64,000 nt of DNA from Candidatus Freyarchaeum deiterrae (GTDB lineage: Archaea > Asgardarchaeota > Jordiarchaeia > Jordiarchaeales > Jordiarchaeaceae), in contig CP147778.1 of NCBI GenBank assembly GCA_037305845.1, forward strand, positions 1,344,001 to 1,408,000. Reading direction: 5' to 3'. A program made the position numbers and the translations under genes. Positions 11,663 through 21,720 of this stretch are shown one piece after another. The notes beneath the pieces are model-generated. The model did no database searches. It was not told the origin of the DNA and was given only the letters and a program-made list of their open reading frames with translations. Position 1 is the stretch's first letter. Every line of letters starts with the position of its first letter.

Positions 11663-12337
11663 TTATTTTGTGTTACTTTTCGCAATAGTGAAGCAATTTT
11701 CAACAAGTCGTGTGTATTCATAGTATTGTGTTTCTCCAAAATAATCTTTGGAGAGTTTTTCTTGAAATTTTACCCATTGAATTTTTGCTTTTTCCAATGT
11801 TCCCTGAAGAAGCGCCCCACAGGACTTTGCCAACTCCCGCCTCCATATTCTTATTCTTTTTGTTTGGGCTAAATCTACGGCTTTCATGGCGAGGTTTTCA
11901 GCAAATTTTCTGTCTCCTAGGAGGAAACTGCAAAAAGAAGCCCAGCTGTACTCAGAAATTGAGGATTCGATTAATGAAAGCCTTCGCTTTTTACCACTCT
12001 GGTTTACTGCCAGATTCTCCTCAGCCGCATTCACGTGCATCTTTACAGATTCCGAGAGATTTTCTACGAATTTTTCATTATTGCCAACTCCACGGTAGTA
12101 AGAAGCGAAGCCACTATACACCAGAGCGATATACTCCTTCTTATTCAAGTGTTCGGTTAGTACCTGAAGGGCCTTTTTATAGCAATCAAAAGAGCTCACC
12201 AAATCACTGGATTCTCTAAAAAAACATCCTGCCCGAATGTATCTCAGAAAAGCCCCACTGTAATCATTACTCTTTACATGCTCTCTGGCATCATTCATGT
12301 ATTCTAATGCGGTTTTCTCTGCGATCATTGAAAACAC
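11663..12337 (-). CDS. SNAP/TPR-like helical protein, paralog of 10713-11471
   Basis: YIRAGCFF...FDCYKKAL; shares WASxC and RELA...GxLxxAK motifs with its neighbour. Confidence 0.65.
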   Translation of the reverse strand: MFSMIAEKTALEYMNDAREHVKSNDYSGAFLRYIRAGCFFRESSDLVSSFDCYKKALQVLTEHLNKKEYIALVYSGFASYYRGVGNNEKFVENLSESVKMHVNAAEENLAVNQSGKKRRLSLIESSISEYSWASFCSFLLGDRKFAENLAMKAVDLAQTKRIRIWRRELAKSCGALLQGTLEKAKIQWVKFQEKLSKDYFGETQYYEYTRLVENCFTIAKSNTK

Positions 12338-12624
12338 CTATTTTTAAAATATAATAATAAAACCCAAATTAAAATTTACCGCATGATATTCGGGGTAAAC
12401 ATTTAGGAGCAAAAGTAATGCTTTTTAGCTATTGCCTGTAATCAAGGACTTGTTAATTAGTTCATAGTTGAGAAAACTAAGTGTTGCTTACTTGTTTTAG
12501 GTGAACTGTAGGGATGTGACTTTTAGAACGTTTTATAGCACAATTTGTTTTGAGTATTACGTTAGATTGAAATTAAAATTCAGCTTACTTTTGCCCACTC
12601 ACTCTTTTCTTTGGAGGTTTAAGC

Positions 12625-13905
12625 TTGTTAAAAGACAGAATCGCTACCTTTTCAGCACGTCCTGATGAAGTAGATCTCTGCGTGCTACTCTACTCCGGGG
12701 GTCTAGACACTTCCTGTATGCTTAAATGGTTACAGGAAAACTATAACACCGAAGTTATCACGGTAACTCTTAATGTGGGGCAAGCAAAAGAGTTTGAAGA
12801 GATAGAGAACAAGGCCAAAAAACTCGGCGTTAAAAAGCACTACACAATCGACGCCAGGGAAGAGTTTGTACATGAATACGTATTCAAAGCCATTAAGGCA
12901 AACGCACTCTATCAGGATGCTTACCCTATAAGTTCATCACTATCAAGGCCCCTGATTGCAAAGTGGGGAGTAGAAATCGCTAAGAGAGAAGGTGCTAAAG
13001 CAATCGCACATGGTTGTACAGGTAAGGGTAATGATCAAGTGCGTTTTGCTATTACGATTAATACTCTTGCTCCAGATATGAAGATAATTGCGCCAGTGGT
13101 TGAGTGGGGTATGACCCGTGAGGATGAGATTGCTTATGCTCAAGAACATGACATTCCGATTCCGGTTACAGTAAATTCGCCCTACAGTATTGATGAGAAT
13201 TTGTGGGGTAGAAGTATTGAATGCGGAGTTTTGGAACACCCGGAAGTTGAGCCACCCCCCGATGCGTATCTTTGGACAACTCCACCCGAGAAGGCTCCCG
13301 ATGATCCAGCTTATGTTGAGATAGGTTTCGAAGAGGGTATTCCAGTTTCTGTTGACGGTGTCAGAATGAATGGCGTGGATTTAATTCTGAAGGTTCACGA
13401 GTTGGGATGTGTCCACGGGGTTGGAAGGGTAGACCACATGGAGGACCGGATTGTTGGTTTAAAATCGAGAGAGGTTTATGAGTGCCCGGCGGCGACCATA
13501 ATTCTGAAAGCACACCGGGATCTTGAAAAGTTTGTTTGTACAAGGCATGAAAACACGTTCAAGAAGCTTGTTGATGAACAATGGACGAGTTTGGTTTATA
13601 CGGGTCTCTGGGTTGAGCCACTTAGGGAAGATTTGGAAGAGTTCATTGATAGGGTAAACAAGAAAGTTACTGGTATGGTGCGTCTTAAGCTCTTCAAGGG
13701 AAACGCTGCTGTCGTGGGTCGTAGTTCCGAGTATGCTCTTTATGATGAGAATTTGGCAACCTATGATAGGAAGTCTACTTTTAACCAGTTGGCTTCATTC
13801 GGGTTTATTGAGTTATGGGGATTACAGTCTAGAATGGCTCAGGCGCTCAAACCAGAGGATAAGAATGTTCATAGTAAAAATGTAAAAGTAGTAAAGTCCA
13901 AATAA
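12625..13905 (+). CDS. argG: Argininosuccinate synthase
   Basis: YSGGLDTS, HGCTGKGNDQVRF, YSIDENLWGRSIECG, GLKSREVYE. Confidence 0.98.
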   Translation: MLKDRIATFSARPDEVDLCVLLYSGGLDTSCMLKWLQENYNTEVITVTLNVGQAKEFEEIENKAKKLGVKKHYTIDAREEFVHEYVFKAIKANALYQDAYPISSSLSRPLIAKWGVEIAKREGAKAIAHGCTGKGNDQVRFAITINTLAPDMKIIAPVVEWGMTREDEIAYAQEHDIPIPVTVNSPYSIDENLWGRSIECGVLEHPEVEPPPDAYLWTTPPEKAPDDPAYVEIGFEEGIPVSVDGVRMNGVDLILKVHELGCVHGVGRVDHMEDRIVGLKSREVYECPAATIILKAHRDLEKFVCTRHENTFKKLVDEQWTSLVYTGLWVEPLREDLEEFIDRVNKKVTGMVRLKLFKGNAAVVGRSSEYALYDENLATYDRKSTFNQLASFGFIELWGLQSRMAQALKPEDKNVHSKNVKVVKSK

Positions 13906-13929
13906 ACGTTTTAAAAGAAGGAAAACTTG

Positions 13930-15426
13930 ATGAGCGATAAGCTTTGGGGGGGAGGTTTTAGTAAAAAGACCAAAGAAGAAGTGGAAAAATTCACTTCAGG
14001 TGAGGATATACAACTCGATGAAAGGCTAGCCATTTATGACGTAATCGGTACTATTGCACATGATTATATGTTGTACGAGATAGGTGCTCTTAACAAGGAA
14101 ACTCTTCAGAGAATTTTTATTTCGCTTGAGGGTATAAAAGACCGAATTGAGAAGAGGGAATATCAGCTCCGCCCTGAGTTGGAAGATGTACATATGAACA
14201 TTGAAAAAACAGTGATTGAGGAAATCGGTGAGGAACAGGGTGGGATGATGCATTTAGCGCGTTCTAGGAACGACCAAGTATTAGTGGATATGCGAATGTA
14301 CCTTAGGGACCAGATAAACGAAGTTCAGGAATTGGTTTTTAATTTAATTTCCACATTCATTGACGTGGGTGAGAAAAATTTAGAGATGCTTATAGTAGGC
14401 TATACTCATACACGCCAGGCGCAGCCAACTACAGTTGCACATTGGTGTGTAGCTTATGTTGACTCTCTTCTGCGAATTGTTGACAGGTTGGAGGAGGTCT
14501 ATGTTAGAGTTAACCAGTGTCCACTTGGTTCAGGGGCAATCAGCGGCGTTAGCTGGCCAATTGATCGAAAATTAACAGCGAGTTTGCTGGGTTTTGATGG
14601 TATTCAGGAAAACACCATAGACGCTATATCTTCAAGGGGTGAAGTTGAATCTGAGATAATATTTGTTCTTTGTCTTTTAATGGCTGTTCTTAGTAGGTTA
14701 TCCGAAGAAATAATTTGGTGGTCCACTAGCGAGTTCGGTGTAATCGAGTTGGACGAGGTTTACACAACGGGAAGTAGTTTAATGCCTCAGAAAAAGAACC
14801 CCGACGTGGCGGAACTTATTAGGGGGAAGGTTGGCAGAATTTACGGGTACCTAGTACAGGTTCTTACGATTCTTAAGGGACTTCCTTCTGGGTACAACAG
14901 AGATCAACAAGAGATCAAAGGGCCAATTTTTTACGGTTTGGATACCGTTAAATCTGTGATTCAAGTAGTGCCGGGTTTAATCAGTACAATCAAGTTCAAT
15001 CAGGAGAGAATGTTAAACCTGATGTTGGACAGTTATTCGACAGTCACGGAACTTGTGGATTTACTAATTAAGAAGGCGCAAATATCTTTTCGTTCTGCTC
15101 ACAGGATAGTAGGGATGTATGTTACACAGACGCTTAATAGTGGTACAAAGGTGGATCCAGATTTGTTGGCTGGTCTAGTGAAGGGAGAAACTGGTAAAGA
15201 AATTAGGATAGACGCGGATATGATAGAGGAGGCGATAGATCCAGCATCAACTATAGAGAGGAGGAGCCACATTGGCGGACCTGCCCCCGTTGAGGTGGGA
15301 AGAATGCTGGTAAATAGGAGAGAAATCCTGAATGTAAAAAAGGAAAATCTTGTTCAAAAAAATGAAAAAATTAAAGCCGCGTATAAAAAGCTAGATAATC
15401 TTGTTCAAAATTTCGCTGATGAGTGA
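13930..15426 (+). CDS. argH: Argininosuccinate lyase
   Basis: KLWGG, ARSRNDQV, GYTHTRQAQP, TGSSLMPQKKNPD. Confidence 0.97.
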   Translation: MSDKLWGGGFSKKTKEEVEKFTSGEDIQLDERLAIYDVIGTIAHDYMLYEIGALNKETLQRIFISLEGIKDRIEKREYQLRPELEDVHMNIEKTVIEEIGEEQGGMMHLARSRNDQVLVDMRMYLRDQINEVQELVFNLISTFIDVGEKNLEMLIVGYTHTRQAQPTTVAHWCVAYVDSLLRIVDRLEEVYVRVNQCPLGSGAISGVSWPIDRKLTASLLGFDGIQENTIDAISSRGEVESEIIFVLCLLMAVLSRLSEEIIWWSTSEFGVIELDEVYTTGSSLMPQKKNPDVAELIRGKVGRIYGYLVQVLTILKGLPSGYNRDQQEIKGPIFYGLDTVKSVIQVVPGLISTIKFNQERMLNLMLDSYSTVTELVDLLIKKAQISFRSAHRIVGMYVTQTLNSGTKVDPDLLAGLVKGETGKEIRIDADMIEEAIDPASTIERRSHIGGPAPVEVGRMLVNRREILNVKKENLVQKNEKIKAAYKKLDNLVQNFADE

Positions 15427-15555
15427 GGCGTGTTCTGTTCGGAACTAGTTATTTGGGATACAGTTGCTTTTAGCACGTTACGTTTTTATATTATTTTTCT
15501 TTTGTTTGTCTTATTCACATATAATACTTTTTTACAGATATTGGAGGTTACAATA

Positions 15556-15729
15556 GTGAAAGGCAAATGTCCAGAGTGTTACTTTGAATTCGAGGTAACA
15601 GATAATGTTATGATTGGTGAAATAATTGAGTGCCCCGATTGCGCAGTTCAATTAGAAGTGATTGAAAAGAACAATGGTGGCATTGTTTTCGAAGTCGCGC
15701 AGCTAGAGGAAGAAGATTGGGGTGAATAA
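15556..15729 (+). CDS. lysW: Amino-group carrier protein LysW/ArgW
   Basis: Two CPxC zinc knuckles and C-terminal EEDWGE; GTG start at 15556 after GGAGG SD (the ORF track over-extends it). Confidence 0.95.
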   Translation: MKGKCPECYFEFEVTDNVMIGEIIECPDCAVQLEVIEKNNGGIVFEVAQLEEEDWGE

Positions 15730-15818
15730 ATAGATAATTATATTTTAATATATTTTCATATTTTATTAAATTTTCATGGAGAGTAGAGATTAGGAAGAAA
15801 ACCAAGGGGAGTACATCG

Positions 15819-16661
15819 ATGAACATTGGGCTGATTTACAACCAGATATCTTGGGAAGAAAAATCAATCACTGAAGAGGCTAAAAAACAGGGAGTGAACG
15901 TAAAACCTTTAGACATTAGAAAAATTTATCTCAAAATACAGGATGGACAAGAATTTTCAGAAGTTGATCTTTTTCTCGAAAGATCTTTGAGTTATACTAA
16001 GGGACTCTTTTCTACAATGGTTCTTGAAAATCAGGGGTTCCGAGTCATAAACTCTACAGAGTGTCAAGAAATCTGCGGAAATAAATTAAAAACATCAGTC
16101 GCGTTAAATGGATTGGGGATATTACAACCGAAAACCTACGTTGCTTTTTCATTAGAATCAGCCCTTGAAGCCCTCGAAAAGTTGGGATACCCTGCAATTG
16201 TTAAACCGTTAATTGGAAGTTGGGGAAGACTAGTAGCGATTTTAAAGGACGAACAGTCAGCAAAAGCTGTACTTGAATCACGAGAGGTTTTGGGTTCAGT
16301 CTTTCACAAAGTTTACTATTTGCAAGAATTCATAGACAGTGGAAGGGACATCAGAGTTTTTGTAATAGGCGACTCGGTTGTCGCTGCGATGTATCGCTAT
16401 TTGATTCCAGGGGATTGGAGGAGCAATGCCACTATCGGTGGCAAAGCAGAAGCTTGTGAGGTTACCCCTGAAATAGAAGATTTGGCCTTGAAAGCGGCGG
16501 GGGCGACTAAGGGCGAAATTGTAGGGGTGGACTTATTCGAAAAGGATAACCAGCTTCTCGTAAACGAAGTTAACCACGCACCCGGATTCAGACACATCGT
16601 ATCAGCTACAGGAGTTAACATTGCAGAGAAAATGATAGAGTATTTACAGACATTAGAATAA
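15819..16661 (+). CDS. lysX: LysW ligase, ATP-grasp RimK family (ArgX/LysX)
   Basis: KPLIGSWGRL, YYLQEFI, RDIRVFVIGD, WRSNATIGG, NEVNH; follows lysW. Confidence 0.93.
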   Translation: MNIGLIYNQISWEEKSITEEAKKQGVNVKPLDIRKIYLKIQDGQEFSEVDLFLERSLSYTKGLFSTMVLENQGFRVINSTECQEICGNKLKTSVALNGLGILQPKTYVAFSLESALEALEKLGYPAIVKPLIGSWGRLVAILKDEQSAKAVLESREVLGSVFHKVYYLQEFIDSGRDIRVFVIGDSVVAAMYRYLIPGDWRSNATIGGKAEACEVTPEIEDLALKAAGATKGEIVGVDLFEKDNQLLVNEVNHAPGFRHIVSATGVNIAEKMIEYLQTLE

Positions 16662-16763
16662 AAATAACTCTATTCAAAACTTGAGAAAATTTCTTAAACC
16701 TTTAAAAACGAATTTTTAATAAATTATAAAAAAAGTTAAGAGACATTCAGGTGGGAAATCGAG

Positions 16764-17561
16764 TTGATTATCACGATTAAAATTGGCGGAGCTATGGTGG
16801 ATAAGGAAACAGGAAATCTAATTGCAGACATAGGCAAAGTAAGCAAAGAACACAAGATAGTTATTGTTCATGGAGGGGGCCCTCAGATAAGTGAGATTTC
16901 GAAGAAACTGGGCAAAGAGCCGGTGTTTGTGATGTCACCTAGCGGCTTTAGAAGCAGATTTACCGATAGGGAAACCTTGGATATATCCATCATGGCTATG
17001 GCAGGAAAAGTGAACAAAAGTATAGTTGCCTTGCTTAGGAAAAACCAGATTCCAGCTATCGGATTAACTGGATTAGATGGAAGGACGTTAATCGCGGAGA
17101 GAAAGGATAAAATAATTGCTGTTGAGAATGGAAAAAAGAGGGTAATAAGAGGGGATTACAGCGGAAAAGTTACGGAAGTAAATGGTAATCTTCTTAAATT
17201 AGTCATTGATAACGGATATGTTCCAGTTGTAGCGCCCATCGGAATCAGTCACGAGAGCGAACCAGTAAACCTCGATGGTGATAGGGCGGCCGCGCATATT
17301 GCTAAGGCGATAAATGCGGACATTTTTATCTCGCTTACTGATGTTCCGGGAGTGATAATCGACGGAAAATTGGTTAATGGTCTTTATAAGTATGAAGCTG
17401 AAGAAATTCTAAAAAAAGTTAATGGAGGAATGCGTAAGAAGATATTCGCCGCTCTGGAAGCATTAGATCTCGGCATAAAACCCATAGTTATTTGCTCTGG
17501 GCTTGAAAAAAATCCTATATCTTCGGCGCTCACACTTAAAACAGGGACTGTGATAAAATGA
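16764..17561 (+). CDS. lysZ: [LysW]-glutamate/aminoadipate kinase (LysZ/ArgB)
   Basis: IKIGG, VHGGG, SPSGFRSRFTD, NLDGDRAA, GGMRKK. Confidence 0.93.
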   Translation: MIITIKIGGAMVDKETGNLIADIGKVSKEHKIVIVHGGGPQISEISKKLGKEPVFVMSPSGFRSRFTDRETLDISIMAMAGKVNKSIVALLRKNQIPAIGLTGLDGRTLIAERKDKIIAVENGKKRVIRGDYSGKVTEVNGNLLKLVIDNGYVPVVAPIGISHESEPVNLDGDRAAAHIAKAINADIFISLTDVPGVIIDGKLVNGLYKYEAEEILKKVNGGMRKKIFAALEALDLGIKPIVICSGLEKNPISSALTLKTGTVIK

Positions 17562-18670
17562 TGAACCCCATAGAATACTTTTTAGAGATGCTTGAAATTC
17601 CCAGTGCCTCAGGGAAGGAACACCGGTTCTCGATTTTCTTAATGGAGAGTATGAAAAATCTGGGTTACGAGGTTAAACAAGACGAGGCGGGAAACGTAAT
17701 AGGTAAAATAGGTAAGGGAGAACCCATGCTTCTTTTTTCATCTCACATTGACACCGTGCCCGGAGAGATTCCAATAAGAGAAGAGAACGGAAGAATTTAT
17801 GGTCGTGGGGCTGTGGATGCGAAGGCCTCCATTGCGTCCATGATACTGGCAGGCTCTTTTCTTCCAGAGATGAATGTTAATGGCACAGTAATATTTGCTG
17901 GCCTCGTGGAGGAGGAATCCAGCCTAAGAGGAATTCAAACTTTGCTAGAGGGAGATCTCGGAGCGGACTGGGCGATATTTGGAGAACCAACCAAATGTGA
18001 TAGAATATGCTTGGCATCCAAAGGTAGACTGCTGTTTAAAATAAATTTAAAAACTGAAGGTGGACATGTCGCCTGCTCTTGGGCTTATAAAAATTCAATA
18101 GAACTCGCATACAAGCTTTGGAAAAAATTCAAGGAAAACGTCGAGGCTCATGAAAAGACACCTTTCTTTTCCACAGTCACTAATCTCACCCAGATATCGG
18201 GGGGATCTGCTCCCAATGTTGTTCCCGGTGATTGCCAATTATTTATAGATGTCCGCTTTCCACACTTGGTTAAATCCACAAAGCTACTGGGAATAATCGA
18301 GAAAACCTTCAACGAATTTAAAGAAATGAATGAAGTTCAAATAAGTTACGAGGTACTGAGCCAGATAGAAGGATTTAGAGCTCCAAAAGATTCCATATTA
18401 GTAAAAGAATTAGCTAAAGCGATCAGGGAAGTTAGAAACATAGACCCACGTTACATCAGAAAAACTGGAACCTGCTTCATGAATCTAATTGGTCCATGGC
18501 GTAACATTCCTACAATTAGTTATGGGCCAGGAGACCCCGCGCTAGAACACACTAACGATGAACATATTGAGAAACAAGAATATTTAGATTCGCTAGAGAT
18601 TCTTAAAAAAACAATAAAAAACATTCTTAGCAAAAAAAATACTGAACATGAAGTACCAAATACTCTTTGA
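17558..18670 (+). CDS. lysK: [LysW]-ornithine/lysine hydrolase, M20 family (LysK/ArgE)
   Basis: HIDTVPG, GRGAVDAK, VEEE, GEP, YGPGD...HT..EHI. Confidence 0.9.
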   Translation: MMNPIEYFLEMLEIPSASGKEHRFSIFLMESMKNLGYEVKQDEAGNVIGKIGKGEPMLLFSSHIDTVPGEIPIREENGRIYGRGAVDAKASIASMILAGSFLPEMNVNGTVIFAGLVEEESSLRGIQTLLEGDLGADWAIFGEPTKCDRICLASKGRLLFKINLKTEGGHVACSWAYKNSIELAYKLWKKFKENVEAHEKTPFFSTVTNLTQISGGSAPNVVPGDCQLFIDVRFPHLVKSTKLLGIIEKTFNEFKEMNEVQISYEVLSQIEGFRAPKDSILVKELAKAIREVRNIDPRYIRKTGTCFMNLIGPWRNIPTISYGPGDPALEHTNDEHIEKQEYLDSLEILKKTIKNILSKKNTEHEVPNTL

Positions 18671-18795
18671 AATTTGGTATGCCTTAATTTGTCTGCTGGC
18701 TGTTTAGAAATAGAGTTGTTTAAACCACACTATTATTTCAGCACTATACTATGTTTCCATTTTTCGGGTTTTACTCTTTCAACACCTGACTTGAA

Positions 18796-19791
18796 TTAGT
18801 CTCGCATTATTAGTGAGAGGATAGCTTTCTGTACGTGTAACCTGTTTTCCGCTTCATCATAAACTACTGAGTGTTGGCCGTCTATTACTCCATCGGTGGC
18901 TTCGATGTTTCTTCTTATTGGTAGGCAGTGCATAAAAATCGAATCTTTGTTTGTAAGTTCCATTAACTCCTCGTTGCAAATCCAATCCCGATAGTTCACT
19001 CTCAGCTTCTTTTCTTCTTCAAATTTTCCGTAAGATTTGAGGGAGCCCCAAGCCTTTACATATATTATGTCAGCATCCCTATACGCCTCTTCCCTACTGT
19101 GTGAGACATCTAAAGTGCAACCGTTAGTCTCACAGTTGCTTCTCGCCCACTCCATTATCTTTTCATCTAACTCAAAGCCCTCAGGATGAAGTAGAGTTAC
19201 ATCCAACCCGAACCGTGTAGCTATAAGAAGTGCAGAGTTGGGAACGCTGACCGGCAGCGGCCGCGGGTGGTAAACCCAGCTCAGAACAAACTTTTTACCC
19301 CTCAGATTTCCTTTTTTCTCCTTAATAGTCAGTATATCTGCAAGCTCCTGACACGGGTGGAAGAGATCGCACTCCATGTTTATTACTGGTTTATCAGACC
19401 ACTTCGCGAATTCACGCACCACTTCATTACTCTTACCGTACTGCCAGTCTGTGATGTTCGGGAAAATGCGAATGGATATCCCATCCCCATACCTTGCCAT
19501 TACCGACGCGGTGTCCTTTATGGATTCGGAGCTCTTACCTATCCACGACTTCTCCGAATCCATGTAAACGGAATGCCCACCAAGCTGAGTCATACCGATT
19601 TCAAATGATAGGCGAGTACGCGTACTAGGATTAAAGAAGAGCGTGATAAGCGACTTCCCCTGCAGTTCGGAAGAGAATTTCTTAGGGTTTTTCTTCATTT
19701 CTTTAGCGAGTTCTAACACGGATTCCAGTTCATCGAAGCTCAATTCTTGAGTGGTTATTAGATCCTTACCTCTTAAATCGTCCTGAGACAT
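18796..19791 (-). CDS. argF: N-acyl-ornithine carbamoyltransferase (ArgF', AOTCase/SOTCase-like)
   Basis: FFNPSTRTR, HPCQELAD, WVYHPRPLP, HCLPIRRN are AOTCase/SOTCase-type signatures. Confidence 0.85.
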   Translation of the reverse strand: MSQDDLRGKDLITTQELSFDELESVLELAKEMKKNPKKFSSELQGKSLITLFFNPSTRTRLSFEIGMTQLGGHSVYMDSEKSWIGKSSESIKDTASVMARYGDGISIRIFPNITDWQYGKSNEVVREFAKWSDKPVINMECDLFHPCQELADILTIKEKKGNLRGKKFVLSWVYHPRPLPVSVPNSALLIATRFGLDVTLLHPEGFELDEKIMEWARSNCETNGCTLDVSHSREEAYRDADIIYVKAWGSLKSYGKFEEEKKLRVNYRDWICNEELMELTNKDSIFMHCLPIRRNIEATDGVIDGQHSVVYDEAENRLHVQKAILSLIMRD

Positions 19792-19983
19792 AAGATAACC
19801 TCAAGAGTTAGTATTGACCCTTAACATTTCTTCTAGTGGTTTAAAAAAATTTGCAATAGCATCATTAAAAGTAAAACCTAAAACAAAAAAAAGAATCTTC
19901 ACACCCTTACCTAAAAAGGTGCATAAAGATAAATTAATTGTATTAAACAAGCTTAATTTTTAATTCTCGGTAATGTTAGTGCT

Positions 19984-20322
19984 CTAGCACATGCCTGCGT
20001 CTTCAAGGCGTTTAACTACTTGATCATATTTTGCTTTGCTGTTTATGATGTCGTTAACCATCTCTTCGTTCATATGGGTTCCCGGCCGAACCTTAACCTC
20101 GGCATCTACCCCTAACTTGTCTTTCAGTTTCTTTTTGATTAATACGCCTATAATTGATCCCATAGGGCACATTTCTGATGTTGGCTTGAATGTTACCTGT
20201 ACTTTCTTGTCTGACACGATTGTTATATCGTTTTCATTCACCATATCCAGATCCAGTATTGATTCTGGCATTTCTGGATCTTGTACATCTTTTAATACAT
20301 CAAGAACTTGTTGCTTGTTCAA
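19984..20322 (-). CDS. DUF59/SufT-like Fe-S cluster assembly protein
   Basis: LKDVQDPE...ILDLDMV...PTSEMCPMG. Confidence 0.85.
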   Translation of the reverse strand: MNKQQVLDVLKDVQDPEMPESILDLDMVNENDITIVSDKKVQVTFKPTSEMCPMGSIIGVLIKKKLKDKLGVDAEVKVRPGTHMNEEMVNDIINSKAKYDQVVKRLEDAGMC

Positions 20323-20468
20323 CGTGTTAGTCTCCTTAAATCTCTTTTCGGGTTTTTATAATGGTTTGTTTCTTATAAAGGTTTTTGTCAGGTTGTGGAA
20401 AAATCTTCAACAAACGTGTAGAGGTTTTCCACTTATCCAAGGGTATTAAGAAACAGTATTTTTTGGAA

Positions 20469-21719
20469 TTAGGTTTCATCAAGTTTTTTCAAGACTTTTG
20501 CCATGAGGTATCTTAAGGGTATATTTGTTTCTTGTGATATTCTTTTAAGGTCTTCAAATTCTGGTTTCATGTTAATAATCTTTCCACTGTTATCTCTAGC
20601 GATTTTGATCCTCAAATCGTAGGATTTATTTCCAACGTTAATAATAGTTGTGTTAATTTCGCGTTTCAAAATCAGTCGTGGAGTGGAGGTTAAACGAACT
20701 CCTAGGCTTCCAGTTTCATCTATTAATGTTCTTGCAAGTTTTTGTGCATCCTCGGGATTTGAAATTACTTTAATAATTTGTCCGGGGCGGCCCTTCTTCG
20801 TAATAACAGGGATTATACTAACGTCTTTAGCACCCTTTTCGAAAAGCGTGTCAATGGTTTGTCCTATTATTTCCCCCGAGATGTCATCTATATTAGTTTC
20901 TAAAACTACAACCGAATCCTCAATGAGATTATAACGTTCCTCGTTTTGAAGGTGACTTTCACCTATGACTATTCTTAAAATATTCGGCAGGTTTGGGAAA
21001 TCTTTCATTCCTGCACCGAATCCTACCCCAGCGATCTTGGTGTTTGGAAGAAAGTTCGAAAATACGGCTCCCAAGCTGGAAATAATTGAAGCTCCTGTCG
21101 GTGTAGTCAGTTCAGATTCAATAGGCCCGCCTAGTACCGGAAAATTGCTCTTTTTAGCTATTTCTAATACAGCTGGAGGGGGAACAGATACAGTTCCGTG
21201 TGAAAACGTTACTAGGCCTCCCCCGAGGGCAATGGGTGTACAAAACCATTGGCAGTTTTTCATCAAGCCAAGGTCCTCGCAAGCTACCGCGGAGCCTATA
21301 GCATCTGCAAGAGTGTCGGCTGAACCAGCCTCATGCAAAAGTGCGCAATCCAAATTTTCCCCATGAACTTTGGATTCGGCTTCTACTATAGTTCTCACAA
21401 TTTTGACTGCAAAGTCTTTAGCTTCTTCCGATATTTCGAGTTCCTTCGTACAAGCAGTGACTGCATCCAGAATATCCTTTCCCGTTCTTTCTTCCTCTGT
21501 TTCATCTAGTAATATGCGAACCTCGGTTGCGGTCAACCCACACCTAGTGGTTTTGTTAATAATCAGTTCTATTCCTTTGCAGCCGCTAAGAAATTTTGGA
21601 ATAAATTCCATAGCATTAGTCACTTTATCTCGATTTGCACCCAAATCCAATAATGCCCCAAGAAACATATCTCCTGAAATTCCAGCCGCTTGGCAGTCTA
21701 AGAAAGCGATTTTGCTCAT
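20469..21719 (-). CDS. larC: Nickel pincer cofactor nickel insertase LarC
   Basis: GISGDMFLGALLDLG, AESKVHG, HEAG, ETNIDD, KPEFED. Confidence 0.95.
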   Translation of the reverse strand: MSKIAFLDCQAAGISGDMFLGALLDLGANRDKVTNAMEFIPKFLSGCKGIELIINKTTRCGLTATEVRILLDETEEERTGKDILDAVTACTKELEISEEAKDFAVKIVRTIVEAESKVHGENLDCALLHEAGSADTLADAIGSAVACEDLGLMKNCQWFCTPIALGGGLVTFSHGTVSVPPPAVLEIAKKSNFPVLGGPIESELTTPTGASIISSLGAVFSNFLPNTKIAGVGFGAGMKDFPNLPNILRIVIGESHLQNEERYNLIEDSVVVLETNIDDISGEIIGQTIDTLFEKGAKDVSIIPVITKKGRPGQIIKVISNPEDAQKLARTLIDETGSLGVRLTSTPRLILKREINTTIINVGNKSYDLRIKIARDNSGKIINMKPEFEDLKRISQETNIPLRYLMAKVLKKLDET

Positions 21720-21720
21720 C

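Noticed and set aside
15430-15555. N-terminal extension of the lysW ORF
   Set aside because: The real start is GTG at 15556 after GGAGG; the extension is T-rich intergenic sequence
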